DNA of 17,917 nt, taken from contig JAHFSZ010000048.1 of the NCBI GenBank assembly GCA_023265515.1, positions 1-17,917 of the forward strand, given 5' to 3'. The notes under the pieces are model-generated. The model saw only the letters and a program-made list of their open reading frames with translations. It was not told the origin of the DNA and made no database searches. The stretch comes from Verrucomicrobiota bacterium (GTDB lineage Bacteria; Verrucomicrobiota; Verrucomicrobiia; JABWAM01; JAHFSZ01). The position numbers and the translations under genes were made by a program. Positions 5,998 through 14,233 of this stretch are shown here, piece after piece. How positions within the stretch are numbered: the first letter of the stretch is position 1; each line of letters begins with the position of its first letter.

Positions 5998-8877
5998 ATG
6001 ATCCAATCACAGACGCCGATGGCAGAGAAAACTTCCAGACCGCGGCTGATCTTCTTCTTGTTGGCAAACCTTGTTTTTTTGGCCGGGTGCAGCTCCGAAC
6101 ATCCCCAGATCGTTTTTCAAAAGGCGCTCGAATCTGAAAAACAGGGGCGGATCGCCGAGGCCCAGCGCTTCTATCAACAGGTTCTTTCGAGGGATCCCAA
6201 CCACATCGGCGCCTTGGAGCATTACGGCCAGCTGCTGTTGAGTCTCCAGCAGACGGCTGAAGCGGCCGAAACCCTTCAGCGTGCCGTTATTCTGGAACCA
6301 AGGCGAGTCTCGGCGGTGGTGCTGCTGGCCGGGCTCCGCCTCGACCAGCGCCAGACCCAGGAGGCCGAAAAGTGGATCGAGCCGTGGAAGGGTGACGCAC
6401 AGCCCTCGGCTGAGATTGGTTTTCTGCGCGCAGAGATCGCGCTTCAAAAAAACGACGTGCCGTCCGCCCGGCGGATCTTGGAACAACTGGTAAAAGGGGA
6501 GGCTCCCCCGGTTGCCCGCCAGGCGCAGGTGCGTCTGGCCGGTTTGGAGATGATCGAGGGCAAATGGGCGGAGGCCGAAAAGAGACTTCAGGGCATTCTC
6601 GCCGCCGATCCTAAAAATATTCAGGCGCTACTTGGCGCCGGCGTCGCAGCTCTGGCCCAGGGAAAGACAAGGCCAGCCCAGGACCAATTCACGGCGGCAT
6701 GGAAGGATCCATCGAAGCCCACGGTCGGCGCGGTCGGGCTGATCCTGTGCGCGGTGCGCGACGGTGAGCTGGGCCGCGCGACGAAGGCTGCCAGCGAGCT
6801 TTCGGCCAGCCAGCCAGGCGAGTTGAATCATGCGATTCTTCTGGCCGAGCTGGCGGTGGCCTCGAACCAGCCGGATGTGCTGGCATCGATCAGCCTTCCT
6901 GACTCGGCCGGCTTGGTCAAACAATACCTCGAAGGACTTGGGCATTTCGCAAACCATCAGTACTTTGACGCTTATCCGCTGCTCACCTCGGTCGCTAAGG
7001 AATGGACCGAGTACGCGCCGGTCCAGATTTTTGCCGGGCGTGTCGCGCAACAACTCAAGGACGGTTCCCAGGCCCTTGAGTGTTTCCGGAACGCGGAAAA
7101 AAAACTTCAGGCAAATTCCGCGCTTTCCTCCCTCATCGCGCGCGCGGCGCTGGCCCAGTCGCAGACCGAGCTCGCCATCCGGCAGTTGTCCAAGCTCGCG
7201 CCATCTGATCCCGATCTTCGGTCGATCCGCGTCGAATCCGCGTTTCGGCAGGGAGACTACGCGGTGGCGCTGGCCGAGGCGCAAGAATGGAAGGTCTCGA
7301 GCCCCGATTCTCCCTGGGCCCGGCTGACGGTGGCCGATGTCCAGTACGTGCTTGGCAACCGGGTGGAAGCAGCCTCGGCTTGGAACGAAGTTGCCGGGTC
7401 GGGGAGCGGAGCGGCGCAATCGTGGGCCGCATTTCGCGTCGCGCTTGCCGGTCAGGACTGGGAAGTTGCGCAAGAGGCGCTCGACAAACTCGCGCAGACC
7501 GCGGACCACTCAACAATCGCAATCTTAAAAGGGCAGGTGGAGTTGTCGCGTGGGTCGATCGACCAGGCACGCGGCTATTTTGATGCGGCGGTCCGCGACG
7601 GACCGCAGAATGCCTCCGCTTACAGCTGGCTTGGTGTCTGGCACGTCATCCAGCGCCAGCTGACCACGGCTCATGATCATTTCAGCAAGGCGCTCGCCTT
7701 GAATCCGGCCGATCCCGTCGCGCTCTGGGGCGAGGGGTTCATTGCCTTCCTGGACAAGTCCTACGGTGCGGCGGCCGAGGCCTTCGAAAAAAGCGTCCGG
7801 GCCGATCCCGGCTTTGACCTGTCGGAGCTTTTTCTGGCGGAAACGTTCCTGGCCCAGGGCCGGAACGCCGAGGCGCTGAAGTGGATCGAGCAGCTGGCTC
7901 CCGCGCTCCGGGAGACGGCTCCGGTGCTCGACATGCGCGGCCGCGTGTTGATCCTGTTGAAGCGCTGGAACGAGGCCCTGGAAACGTGGCTGGTTTACAC
8001 AAAAAAATACCCGGCCTCGGCGGTTCCCTATTTCTACATTGCGCAGATCCATTTTATCCAGGGGAACAACGACGCTGCCCGCAAGGCCGTTGAGGCCGGC
8101 CTTCGGCTTTCACCGGAGGATCTCCGCCTGCAGGTGGCCCAGGCCGATTTGCTCTGGCAGGCGGGCAAGCGCGACGAAGCCCTTTTACTTTCAACGCGGA
8201 CGGCAAAAAACAAAAAGAGCCTGGATGCATTTGTGATGCAGGGGACGATGCATCTCAAGCAGGGGCATTTCAGCAAGGCCTCCGCGGTTTTCAAGGAATT
8301 GCTCGCGGCCAACCCGGATGATCCACGTCTTTACGCCCTCCTTTACGACGCTCAAATGGGCCTGGGCAAGGAGGACGAGGCCATGCTCACCCTGCGCACC
8401 GGCTGGCTCCGTCTTCCCCAGGCGATCGTGCTGGGACTGCGTCTGGCCGCCATCCAGGAAAAGAACAAGAACTGGGCGGAGGCGGTTTCGACGTACCGTG
8501 AGATCCTGAAGATCCAGCCGGATCATATGCGTTCCCTCAACCAGCTGGCGTGGCTGCTCGCCGAGCAAAAAACCGACCTGGACGACGCGTTGCAGGCTGC
8601 GGACCGCGCCTGCAAGCTCGATCTGGGCAACATCGCCGCCCTGGACACACGCGCATGGGTTCTTTTTCAGAAGGAAAATTTTCCGAAGGCGCGCAAAGAG
8701 CTCGAGCAGATTGTGAAGGCGGCGCCGGACCAGCCGTATGTCCAATATCACTGGGGCCTGGCACTCTGGAAGACGGGGGATGCCTCCGGCGCGAAGGCCG
8801 CTCTTCAGAAGGCGCTTGAGCTCGAGCCGAAGTTCAGCGAAGCGGATAAGATCCATGAATTGTTGAAACAGATTTAG
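5998..8877 (+). CDS. Large TPR-repeat lipoprotein (PrsT-like, PEP-CTERM-system TPR lipoprotein family architecture)
   Basis: The 959-aa product has an N-terminal signal peptide with a lipobox (RLIFFLLANLVFLAGCSS). The rest of the protein is TPR-like helical repeats with recurring A..A...Y/F...L..dP..a.aL patterns. The alternative start is ATG 6019. The size and lipoprotein/TPR architecture match the roughly 900-aa PrsT family (TIGR02917) found beside exosortase loci. Confidence 0.85.
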   Translation: MIQSQTPMAEKTSRPRLIFFLLANLVFLAGCSSEHPQIVFQKALESEKQGRIAEAQRFYQQVLSRDPNHIGALEHYGQLLLSLQQTAEAAETLQRAVILEPRRVSAVVLLAGLRLDQRQTQEAEKWIEPWKGDAQPSAEIGFLRAEIALQKNDVPSARRILEQLVKGEAPPVARQAQVRLAGLEMIEGKWAEAEKRLQGILAADPKNIQALLGAGVAALAQGKTRPAQDQFTAAWKDPSKPTVGAVGLILCAVRDGELGRATKAASELSASQPGELNHAILLAELAVASNQPDVLASISLPDSAGLVKQYLEGLGHFANHQYFDAYPLLTSVAKEWTEYAPVQIFAGRVAQQLKDGSQALECFRNAEKKLQANSALSSLIARAALAQSQTELAIRQLSKLAPSDPDLRSIRVESAFRQGDYAVALAEAQEWKVSSPDSPWARLTVADVQYVLGNRVEAASAWNEVAGSGSGAAQSWAAFRVALAGQDWEVAQEALDKLAQTADHSTIAILKGQVELSRGSIDQARGYFDAAVRDGPQNASAYSWLGVWHVIQRQLTTAHDHFSKALALNPADPVALWGEGFIAFLDKSYGAAAEAFEKSVRADPGFDLSELFLAETFLAQGRNAEALKWIEQLAPALRETAPVLDMRGRVLILLKRWNEALETWLVYTKKYPASAVPYFYIAQIHFIQGNNDAARKAVEAGLRLSPEDLRLQVAQADLLWQAGKRDEALLLSTRTAKNKKSLDAFVMQGTMHLKQGHFSKASAVFKELLAANPDDPRLYALLYDAQMGLGKEDEAMLTLRTGWLRLPQAIVLGLRLAAIQEKNKNWAEAVSTYREILKIQPDHMRSLNQLAWLLAEQKTDLDDALQAADRACKLDLGNIAALDTRAWVLFQKENFPKARKELEQIVKAAPDQPYVQYHWGLALWKTGDASGAKAALQKALELEPKFSEADKIHELLKQI

Positions 8878-8884
8878 ATCGCTT

Positions 8885-9865
8885 ATGGAAACCGACCTTC
8901 ATCCCGAAAGACCGCGGCCGGTCGAGCCCGAAGCGCCTCAAGTGCGTCCGCCGTGGCTGGACCCGCTTGTTTGCATTGTGTTGCCGGCCCTCGGTGCGAA
9001 TGTTTCTTTCTCCGTGCTGACCGGGCTACGCATCATCGACACAATCTGGTTTGGTATTTTCGCGGCGGGACTCGCAGCCTGGAGCCTTGTGCTCACACAG
9101 AGGACTCCGGGTGTTGAGCCCCAGGATTCTGAGAACCGGCTCCCGATCCTCGTCGCGCTCATCGTCTCGCTGGCCTGTTTTGCGCTGGCTTGGAAGATGG
9201 CGATCCTTTTCGTCTCGGTCGGCATCGCGGCATTCGCCTTTGCGATCAGTTCGCTCCTTGGGGGAGTCAACGCTTCGCGCAGCCGCGTCGGGTCGTTCGC
9301 GATCCTGCTCTTCGCGTTTCCCTGGACCGATCCGTCATCCGGCATGCTTGGGTTTCCATGGAGAGAATTTTTGTCAGCTTCCGCCGCCGCGCTTGCCCGG
9401 CCGCTCGTCGGGGTGGTAACCGTGCAGGGGACGACCCTTGGGGCTGAATCGATGAAGCTGGCGCTTCCCTCGGATGTCGGCGGTTTCTGGCAGGCGCAAT
9501 TTTTCTTGTTGTGCGCGCTTGGCCTGGCGGTGGGCTCAGGATGGAAGTCCTCCCGCATCGCGGCGTGGCTCGGCGTCGCGGCACTATCCGCCGCTGCCGC
9601 GTACATCGGATTCGTCACCTCCCTTTTTATGCTGAGCGTTCTGGCGGCGGGAAACCTGGCTCCCGTTTGGGTTACGGCGCTCGAGATCGGCTGGTGGCTG
9701 GCGGTTTTCGGCATGCTGGCATGGCTTGCGTCGAAAATGCGCGCCGGAGAGGATCCCCGGCAATCCATGAAGAAGACGGTCGAGAGAGAGGAATCGATGT
9801 TTCCCGACGATGTGAGTTCTAGGAACTTAGCGGACGGCGAAAGAGCCGCCACTGCCAGAGGATGA
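8885..9865 (+). CDS. Polytopic inner-membrane protein (about 8 TM) of unknown family; candidate exosortase-like or other sorting-associated membrane protein
   Basis: The 326-aa product begins 7 nt after the TPR gene stop, so it is co-operonic. It has about 8 hydrophobic helices: LVCIVLPALGANVSFSVLTGL, IWFGIFAAGLAAWSLVL, LPILVALIVSLACFALAW, MAILFVSVGIAAFAFAISSLLGG, FAILLFAFPW, FFLLCALGLAVGSGW, AAWLGVAALSAAAAYIGFVTSLFMLSVLAAG and VWVTALEIGWWLAVFGMLAWLA. There is a soluble loop between TM5 and TM6. The canonical exosortase motifs (CSG, NxxR) cannot be confirmed by eye. Confidence 0.7.
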   Translation: METDLHPERPRPVEPEAPQVRPPWLDPLVCIVLPALGANVSFSVLTGLRIIDTIWFGIFAAGLAAWSLVLTQRTPGVEPQDSENRLPILVALIVSLACFALAWKMAILFVSVGIAAFAFAISSLLGGVNASRSRVGSFAILLFAFPWTDPSSGMLGFPWREFLSASAAALARPLVGVVTVQGTTLGAESMKLALPSDVGGFWQAQFFLLCALGLAVGSGWKSSRIAAWLGVAALSAAAAYIGFVTSLFMLSVLAAGNLAPVWVTALEIGWWLAVFGMLAWLASKMRAGEDPRQSMKKTVEREESMFPDDVSSRNLADGERAATARG

Positions 9866-10514
9866 GGCTCCCACCGAGCAGGAGCGCGAGCCATCCTATC
9901 GAAAGACCCGGCACGCCCGCCAGTTTCGAGGTGGAAGCCGGCGGAGCCGCAGGTCCGGCTTTTGCGGCGTGCCACCGCGCCTGGCCCGCAAGGCCGGCCT
10001 GGCCCCGCGCCATCGCGCCCGCATCAATGATATCGACCTTCTGGCTGGCGCTCAAAGCCTGAAGCCAGAGCTGACGGCAGGCACGGTCGTCGGACGCGGG
10101 TCCGAAACTGGGAATCGCCAGCGCGAAAATCTTCGATCCAATTCGCGAGTCGTCGGTCCGTTCCGGGTTGTAGGAAGCGCCGAGCAGGGCGGGAAGCGGT
10201 AGTGGCAGGAACTCGTCGAGCTTCCCGTCGAGATTCAAATCATACTGGAACCCGAGCGAGGTGGAGTGAACTTCCGCCAGGGCCGGAGGTCCTCCGGAGC
10301 GATCCGGCTGCGCCCGGGGAACGGCGGGCATGAGGGGGGTTTGCGAGATGGCTCGAAGCTGGTTGAAGAAAAAGGAGCTGCTCGCCAGCCATTCACGGTC
10401 CACGGCCGCCGCATTCGGGTCGTCCAGCACGGGCGTGGATGAGTCCGGGATCGGGTAAGCCATCGCACCGGCCGCGACGGTCAACATTCCGAGGATCCAC
10501 CACGCACATTTCAT
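9819..10514 (-). CDS. Secreted protein with a C-terminal PEP-CTERM-like sorting signal (variant motif VPGL + TM + RLFRRP)
   Basis: The 231-aa product has an N-terminal signal peptide MKCAWWILGMLTVAAGAMA|YP. Its C-terminus is an Ala/Pro-rich linker (AKAGPAAPPASTSKLAG), then VPGL, a hydrophobic helix (SIGWLALLLGGSLILWQW) and a basic tail (RLFRRPLSS). This three-part layout is characteristic of PEP-CTERM/exosortase-type signals. It is convergent with the membrane-protein gene and overlaps it by 47 bp at the 3' ends. Confidence 0.55.
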   Translation of the reverse strand: MKCAWWILGMLTVAAGAMAYPIPDSSTPVLDDPNAAAVDREWLASSSFFFNQLRAISQTPLMPAVPRAQPDRSGGPPALAEVHSTSLGFQYDLNLDGKLDEFLPLPLPALLGASYNPERTDDSRIGSKIFALAIPSFGPASDDRACRQLWLQALSASQKVDIIDAGAMARGQAGLAGQARWHAAKAGPAAPPASTSKLAGVPGLSIGWLALLLGGSLILWQWRLFRRPLSS

Positions 10515-10652
10515 CGTCCTTCAAATGGTCAGAATTCTCTCGTTTTGTCCAGCCTCTGCCCGACCGGGCCATGGCTGCCGCAAGGCTCGACGGACTTTAG
10601 ACGTTGATTCCAGGGAGTGAATGGAGGAAATTAGCGACAGAATCATCCGGAT

Positions 10653-12170
10653 ATGTCCGACCTTTCTCCGACGCCTGAATCCGCGCTGAGCCGTGCCCAG
10701 CACCGCATTCTGCTTCACCGAATGCTGGAGATTTTTTTTAGATTCGCTCTGGGATTCTGGACGCTGACGGTGCTGGCTTGCGCCGCCATCCGGTTTGCGT
10801 CGGGCCACCTTCCCGCGCCCATGTATGGGTGGGCCGCGCTGGCGTTATTCCTGCTGGGCTGGATGGGATGGACGGCCGCCGTTTTCCCAGGGCGGATCGA
10901 GGTGGCCCGCAAGCTCGATCGGGTGGCTGCGTTCCAGGACCGTTTTGTGACCTATCTGGAATTCAAATCGATCCGCGCGCGCACGCCGTGGCACGATCTC
11001 GCGCTCCGGCAGAACGCCTCGGAGATCATCCGCATGGATGTTTCCCGCTGCTGTCCCATCCGCATTCCGCGCCGGACCGCGTGGCTGGTCCTGCCACTCA
11101 TCTGCTTTCTGAATCTTTGGATTTACGACGCCCTTTCCCGGCCGGTCCTCGTCCGCGACCCGGAGCTTGAAAAAGTTTTAGCCGCCAAATCGGAGGAGCT
11201 GAGAAAACTCTCCGATCAGATTTATCGGGAAGCCGAGACGAAAAAAATCGATGAATTGCGGAAGCTGGCTGATGAGATGAAAAAAACGGCCGAGCTGATC
11301 AAGCCGCAGGAAGGCAAAAGCGCCGAGGAGATGAAAAAGAATGCGCTGCTCGAGTGGTCCCGGCTTGAGTCGAAGCTCACGGAACTGTCAAAGGCGGCTC
11401 CTGGCGCAAGCGCAGCCGAACTCAAGCGGCTCGCGGAGACGCTGGAGCAGGACCCGGCCACGGCCGAGCTCGCCAAGATGCTCAAGCAGGAGAACCTGGC
11501 TGGAGCGATGCAGGCGCTGCAATCGATGATGGACCAGGCTCAGAACAATCCGGGCGCCGCCCAGGAGCTGCGTGAGATGGCGCAGAGAATGGGCCAGGCG
11601 CAGATGTCCTCCGAGCAAATGGCCGAGATGATGAAGCAGATGCGCCAGGCGGCCTCGAGTGGTCAGTCTCCCCAACTTCAGCAGGCAGCGCAGAGTTTTT
11701 CGAAGATGCTTTCCGGCATGGAAAAGTCCAGGCAGCAGAGCCAGCTGGCGGCCAGCAGCCTGGGCGCGATGCAGATGATGAAATCGGGGCTCGGAATGCA
11801 GAAAGGCAGCATGGGTGTGGGGGAGAAGGGCGAACAAAAGGCCATGGGCTCGGGCCGGGGACAGTCCAATCCCGATCAAAAAGATGGATTGGGAATTGGC
11901 TCGGAAGCCGCTGAGAACATTTTTGGCGACCGGACCAAGATGGATGCCCAGCACTCTCCGGCGAAGGTTGAGGGGCAGATCGGAGAAGGGCAGTCGTTCG
12001 AAAATATCCTGCGGGGAACCGCCGAGGCATCGACCTCGACGGTCGAGTACCGCGAGCTTTTCAATAACTATACGCCCGAGGCCGAGGAGGCGATCATCAA
12101 GGAGAACATTCCGATCGGCTCGAAGTATTACATCAAACGGTATTTCGAGAGCATTCGTCCTCAAAATTAA
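10653..12170 (+). CDS. Membrane-anchored coiled-coil protein with a Met/Gln-rich low-complexity region; first gene of the MoxR/DUF58/BatA operon
   Basis: The 505-aa product has two N-terminal TM helices (FALGFWTLTVLACAAI, WAALALFLLGWMGWTAAVF) and a third at about residue 143 (WLVLPLICFLNLWIY). It then has a K/E-rich coiled coil (residues 170-270) and a Met/Gln-rich segment (residues 276-398, 19 Met). The C-terminus is conserved-looking: EYRELFNNYTPEAEEAIIKENIPIGSKYYIKRYFESIRP. Confidence 0.7.
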   Translation: MSDLSPTPESALSRAQHRILLHRMLEIFFRFALGFWTLTVLACAAIRFASGHLPAPMYGWAALALFLLGWMGWTAAVFPGRIEVARKLDRVAAFQDRFVTYLEFKSIRARTPWHDLALRQNASEIIRMDVSRCCPIRIPRRTAWLVLPLICFLNLWIYDALSRPVLVRDPELEKVLAAKSEELRKLSDQIYREAETKKIDELRKLADEMKKTAELIKPQEGKSAEEMKKNALLEWSRLESKLTELSKAAPGASAAELKRLAETLEQDPATAELAKMLKQENLAGAMQALQSMMDQAQNNPGAAQELREMAQRMGQAQMSSEQMAEMMKQMRQAASSGQSPQLQQAAQSFSKMLSGMEKSRQQSQLAASSLGAMQMMKSGLGMQKGSMGVGEKGEQKAMGSGRGQSNPDQKDGLGIGSEAAENIFGDRTKMDAQHSPAKVEGQIGEGQSFENILRGTAEASTSTVEYRELFNNYTPEAEEAIIKENIPIGSKYYIKRYFESIRPQN

Positions 12171-12175
12171 GGTTC

Positions 12176-12200
12176 AAAGTTTAAAGTTGAAAGTTTAAAA
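12176..12200 (+). repeat. Tandem heptamer repeat AAAGTTT-AAAGTTG-AAAGTTT-AAAA in an intergenic spacer
   Basis: Seen directly at 12176..12196 (3 copies) plus a partial copy to 12200. It is AT-rich in a GC-rich genome and lies between the stop at 12170 and the MoxR start. It contains the 7-bp inverted arms GTTTAAA/TTTAAAC. Confidence 0.8.
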
Positions 12201-12263
12201 CGGCTCACAGGATTCTTTTTGAATATTGAACCAGTAAAAAAGAAATTGGATTGGAGAAAAACC

Positions 12264-13268
12264 ATGGCAAACGAGAACATTCAGGGGGTGGAGCAGGAAG
12301 CCGCAACGTTCCAGTCGCGGTTCAAACTGTTGAAGGATGAGATGCAAAAGGTGATCGTTGGCCAGTCCGAGATCATCGAGGGAGTCCTGATGGCGCTTTT
12401 TTCCCAGGGACACGTTCTTCTCGAGGGCGTTCCGGGGCTGGGCAAGACGATGCTCGTCCGCACGCTTTCGCAGGCGGTTCATCTGGATTTTTCGCGAATC
12501 CAGTTCACTCCGGACATGATGCCGGCCGACATCATTGGCACCAACCTGATCGCCGAGAACGAAGGAAAGAAACACTTCGAGTTTCAGCCCGGGCCGCTCT
12601 TCGCGCATATCCTGCTGGCCGACGAGATCAACCGTGCCACCCCAAAAACCCAATCCGCTCTGCTGGAGGCGATGCAGGAAAAGCACGTCACGGTTGGCGG
12701 CCACTCCTACGCGCTCGACGAGCCGTTCCTGGTGCTGGCGACGCAGAACCCGCTCGAAATGGAGGGGACCTATCCGCTGCCCGAAGCTCAACTCGACCGG
12801 TTCTTTTTCAAGCTGTTGGTCAAATATCCCGCGCGAGACGAAATGAACACCATCCTCGACCGGACCACGGAAAAGACCATCCCGACCGTCGAGCGTGTTC
12901 TGGACCGGGGCCAGATCATCGCCATGCGCGAGACGGTGCGCGGCATTCCGATCGCGCGCGAAGTCCAGGACTACGCGATCCACATCGCGATGGCGACTCA
13001 CCCGGAAAGCGAGGACGCCGCGCCGATGACGAAGAACTACGTCCGCTACGGCGCGAGTCCGAGGGGTGCGCAGGCGCTCATCCTTGCCGGGAAGATCTAC
13101 GCCCTGCTCGACGGGCGGTTCCATGTCAGCAAGCAGGACGTTGAGAGGGCGGCCCTCGCCGCTCTCCGCCACCGGATCATCCTCAATTTCGAGGGCGAAG
13201 CCGAGGGGATCACGACAGATCAGATTATCTCGGAGATTCTGAAGCTGGGGGAGAAGGCCACCGTCTGA
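12264..13268 (+). CDS. MoxR-family AAA+ ATPase
   Basis: Walker A is LLEGVPGLGKTMLV and Walker B is HILLADEINRATPKTQSALLEAMQE. The MoxR-typical ...VLATQNPLEMEGTYPLPEAQLDRF... block is also present. ATG at 12264 is preceded by GGAG (12253..12256). The ORF track start at 12219 is a TTG. Confidence 0.92.
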   Translation: MANENIQGVEQEAATFQSRFKLLKDEMQKVIVGQSEIIEGVLMALFSQGHVLLEGVPGLGKTMLVRTLSQAVHLDFSRIQFTPDMMPADIIGTNLIAENEGKKHFEFQPGPLFAHILLADEINRATPKTQSALLEAMQEKHVTVGGHSYALDEPFLVLATQNPLEMEGTYPLPEAQLDRFFFKLLVKYPARDEMNTILDRTTEKTIPTVERVLDRGQIIAMRETVRGIPIAREVQDYAIHIAMATHPESEDAAPMTKNYVRYGASPRGAQALILAGKIYALLDGRFHVSKQDVERAALAALRHRIILNFEGEAEGITTDQIISEILKLGEKATV

Positions 13269-13284
13269 CGGCGTCCAGCCACCG

Positions 13285-14163
13285 ATGATCACGTTCGACA
13301 GTGCGTTCCTGAAGAAGCTCGAATACCTTTACCTGGTTTCGAAGAAAATCTTTCGCGGTCAGGTCCGTTCCGAGCGCAAGACGCGGAGCATCGGGGCCAG
13401 CGTCGAGTTTGCCGATTATCGCAACTACATTCACGGTGACGACCTGCGATACATCGACTGGAACGCTTACGGCAGGATGAACCGGCTCTTCATCAAGCTC
13501 TTCGAGGAGGAGGAAGACCTTCACATCTATTTTCTCATCGATGTCAGCCGGTCGATGCAGTGGGATGGCTCCATCAAGCTCGACTATGCCAAGCGCACGG
13601 CGGCCGCGCTGGCCTACATCGGGTTGGCGAACCTGGACCGCGTCGACCTCTTTTATTTTTCGGGACAGCTTCACGAACAAATGGGCACGACCCGCGGCAA
13701 GGCCCAGATCCGGAAGGTGTTCAAATTTCTTGAAAAGGAGGGCGCGCCGCCGGCGGAAACCAACTTCCGCGTCTCGCTGAAGAACTTTGTCCATCAAAAC
13801 AAGCGCCGGGGTCTGGCGGTGGTCCTTTCCGATTTTTTTGATCCCCAGGGCTGCCAGGAGGGGGTTCGCTACCTCCAATACCACAAATTCGAGGTCTATC
13901 TGCTGCAGGTGCTCAACCGCTCCGAGGCGGAGCCGGATTTCCTTGGCGATTTCCGGCTGATGGACGTCGAGAGCGGACGCGGGCGGGAGGTGACGGTCAA
14001 TGAGCAGCTGCTGGCCCGCTACCGGACGACTTTCCAGGCGTTCTGCGACCAGCTCGACGAGTTTGCCACCGATCGGCAGATCGGCTACCTGCGGACCTTT
14101 ACCGAGGTCCCGTTCGACGAGCTGGTGCTGAAAATTTTGCGTCAGGGAAAATTTGTGGCCTGA
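13285..14163 (+). CDS. DUF58 domain protein (vWA-like partner of MoxR)
   Basis: The motifs ...EFADYRNYIHGDDLRYIDWNAYGRMNRLFIKLFEEEEDLHIYFLIDVSRSM... and ...LAVVLSDFFDP are classic DUF58 signatures. The gene starts 17 nt downstream of MoxR. Confidence 0.9.
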   Translation: MITFDSAFLKKLEYLYLVSKKIFRGQVRSERKTRSIGASVEFADYRNYIHGDDLRYIDWNAYGRMNRLFIKLFEEEEDLHIYFLIDVSRSMQWDGSIKLDYAKRTAAALAYIGLANLDRVDLFYFSGQLHEQMGTTRGKAQIRKVFKFLEKEGAPPAETNFRVSLKNFVHQNKRRGLAVVLSDFFDPQGCQEGVRYLQYHKFEVYLLQVLNRSEAEPDFLGDFRLMDVESGRGREVTVNEQLLARYRTTFQAFCDQLDEFATDRQIGYLRTFTEVPFDELVLKILRQGKFVA

Positions 14164-14172
14164 CATTATGGC

Positions 14173-14207
14173 AGAACTCAGAACTCAGAACTCAGAACTC
14201 AGAATTT
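14173..14207 (+). repeat. Tandem heptamer repeat (AGAACTC)x4 plus degenerate copy
   Basis: Seen directly in the intergenic spacer after the DUF58 stop at 14163. Confidence 0.9.
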
Positions 14208-14233
14208 TAAAGGCTGATATCTCGGAACAGCTT

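Noticed and set aside
6628-8856. Several 145-293-aa minus-strand ORFs inside the TPR gene (6628..7509, 7133..7570, 7525..8052, 8191..8856)
   Set aside because: All are antisense to the continuous 959-aa TPR reading frame. Their Arg/Pro/Gly-rich compositions are typical of GC-rich antisense frames.
8938-9975. 345-aa minus-strand ORF antisense to the 8-TM membrane-protein gene
   Set aside because: Its translation is Ser/Ala/Pro/Thr-rich low complexity with no signal peptide or domain. The plus-strand frame gives eight clean hydrophobic helices.
11388-14166. Long minus-strand ORFs antisense to the coiled-coil, MoxR and DUF58 genes (11388..12164, 12195..13292, 13225..14166)
   Set aside because: The plus-strand products carry unambiguous Walker A/B and DUF58 motifs. 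The antisense products are Leu/Arg/Gly-rich with no motifs.
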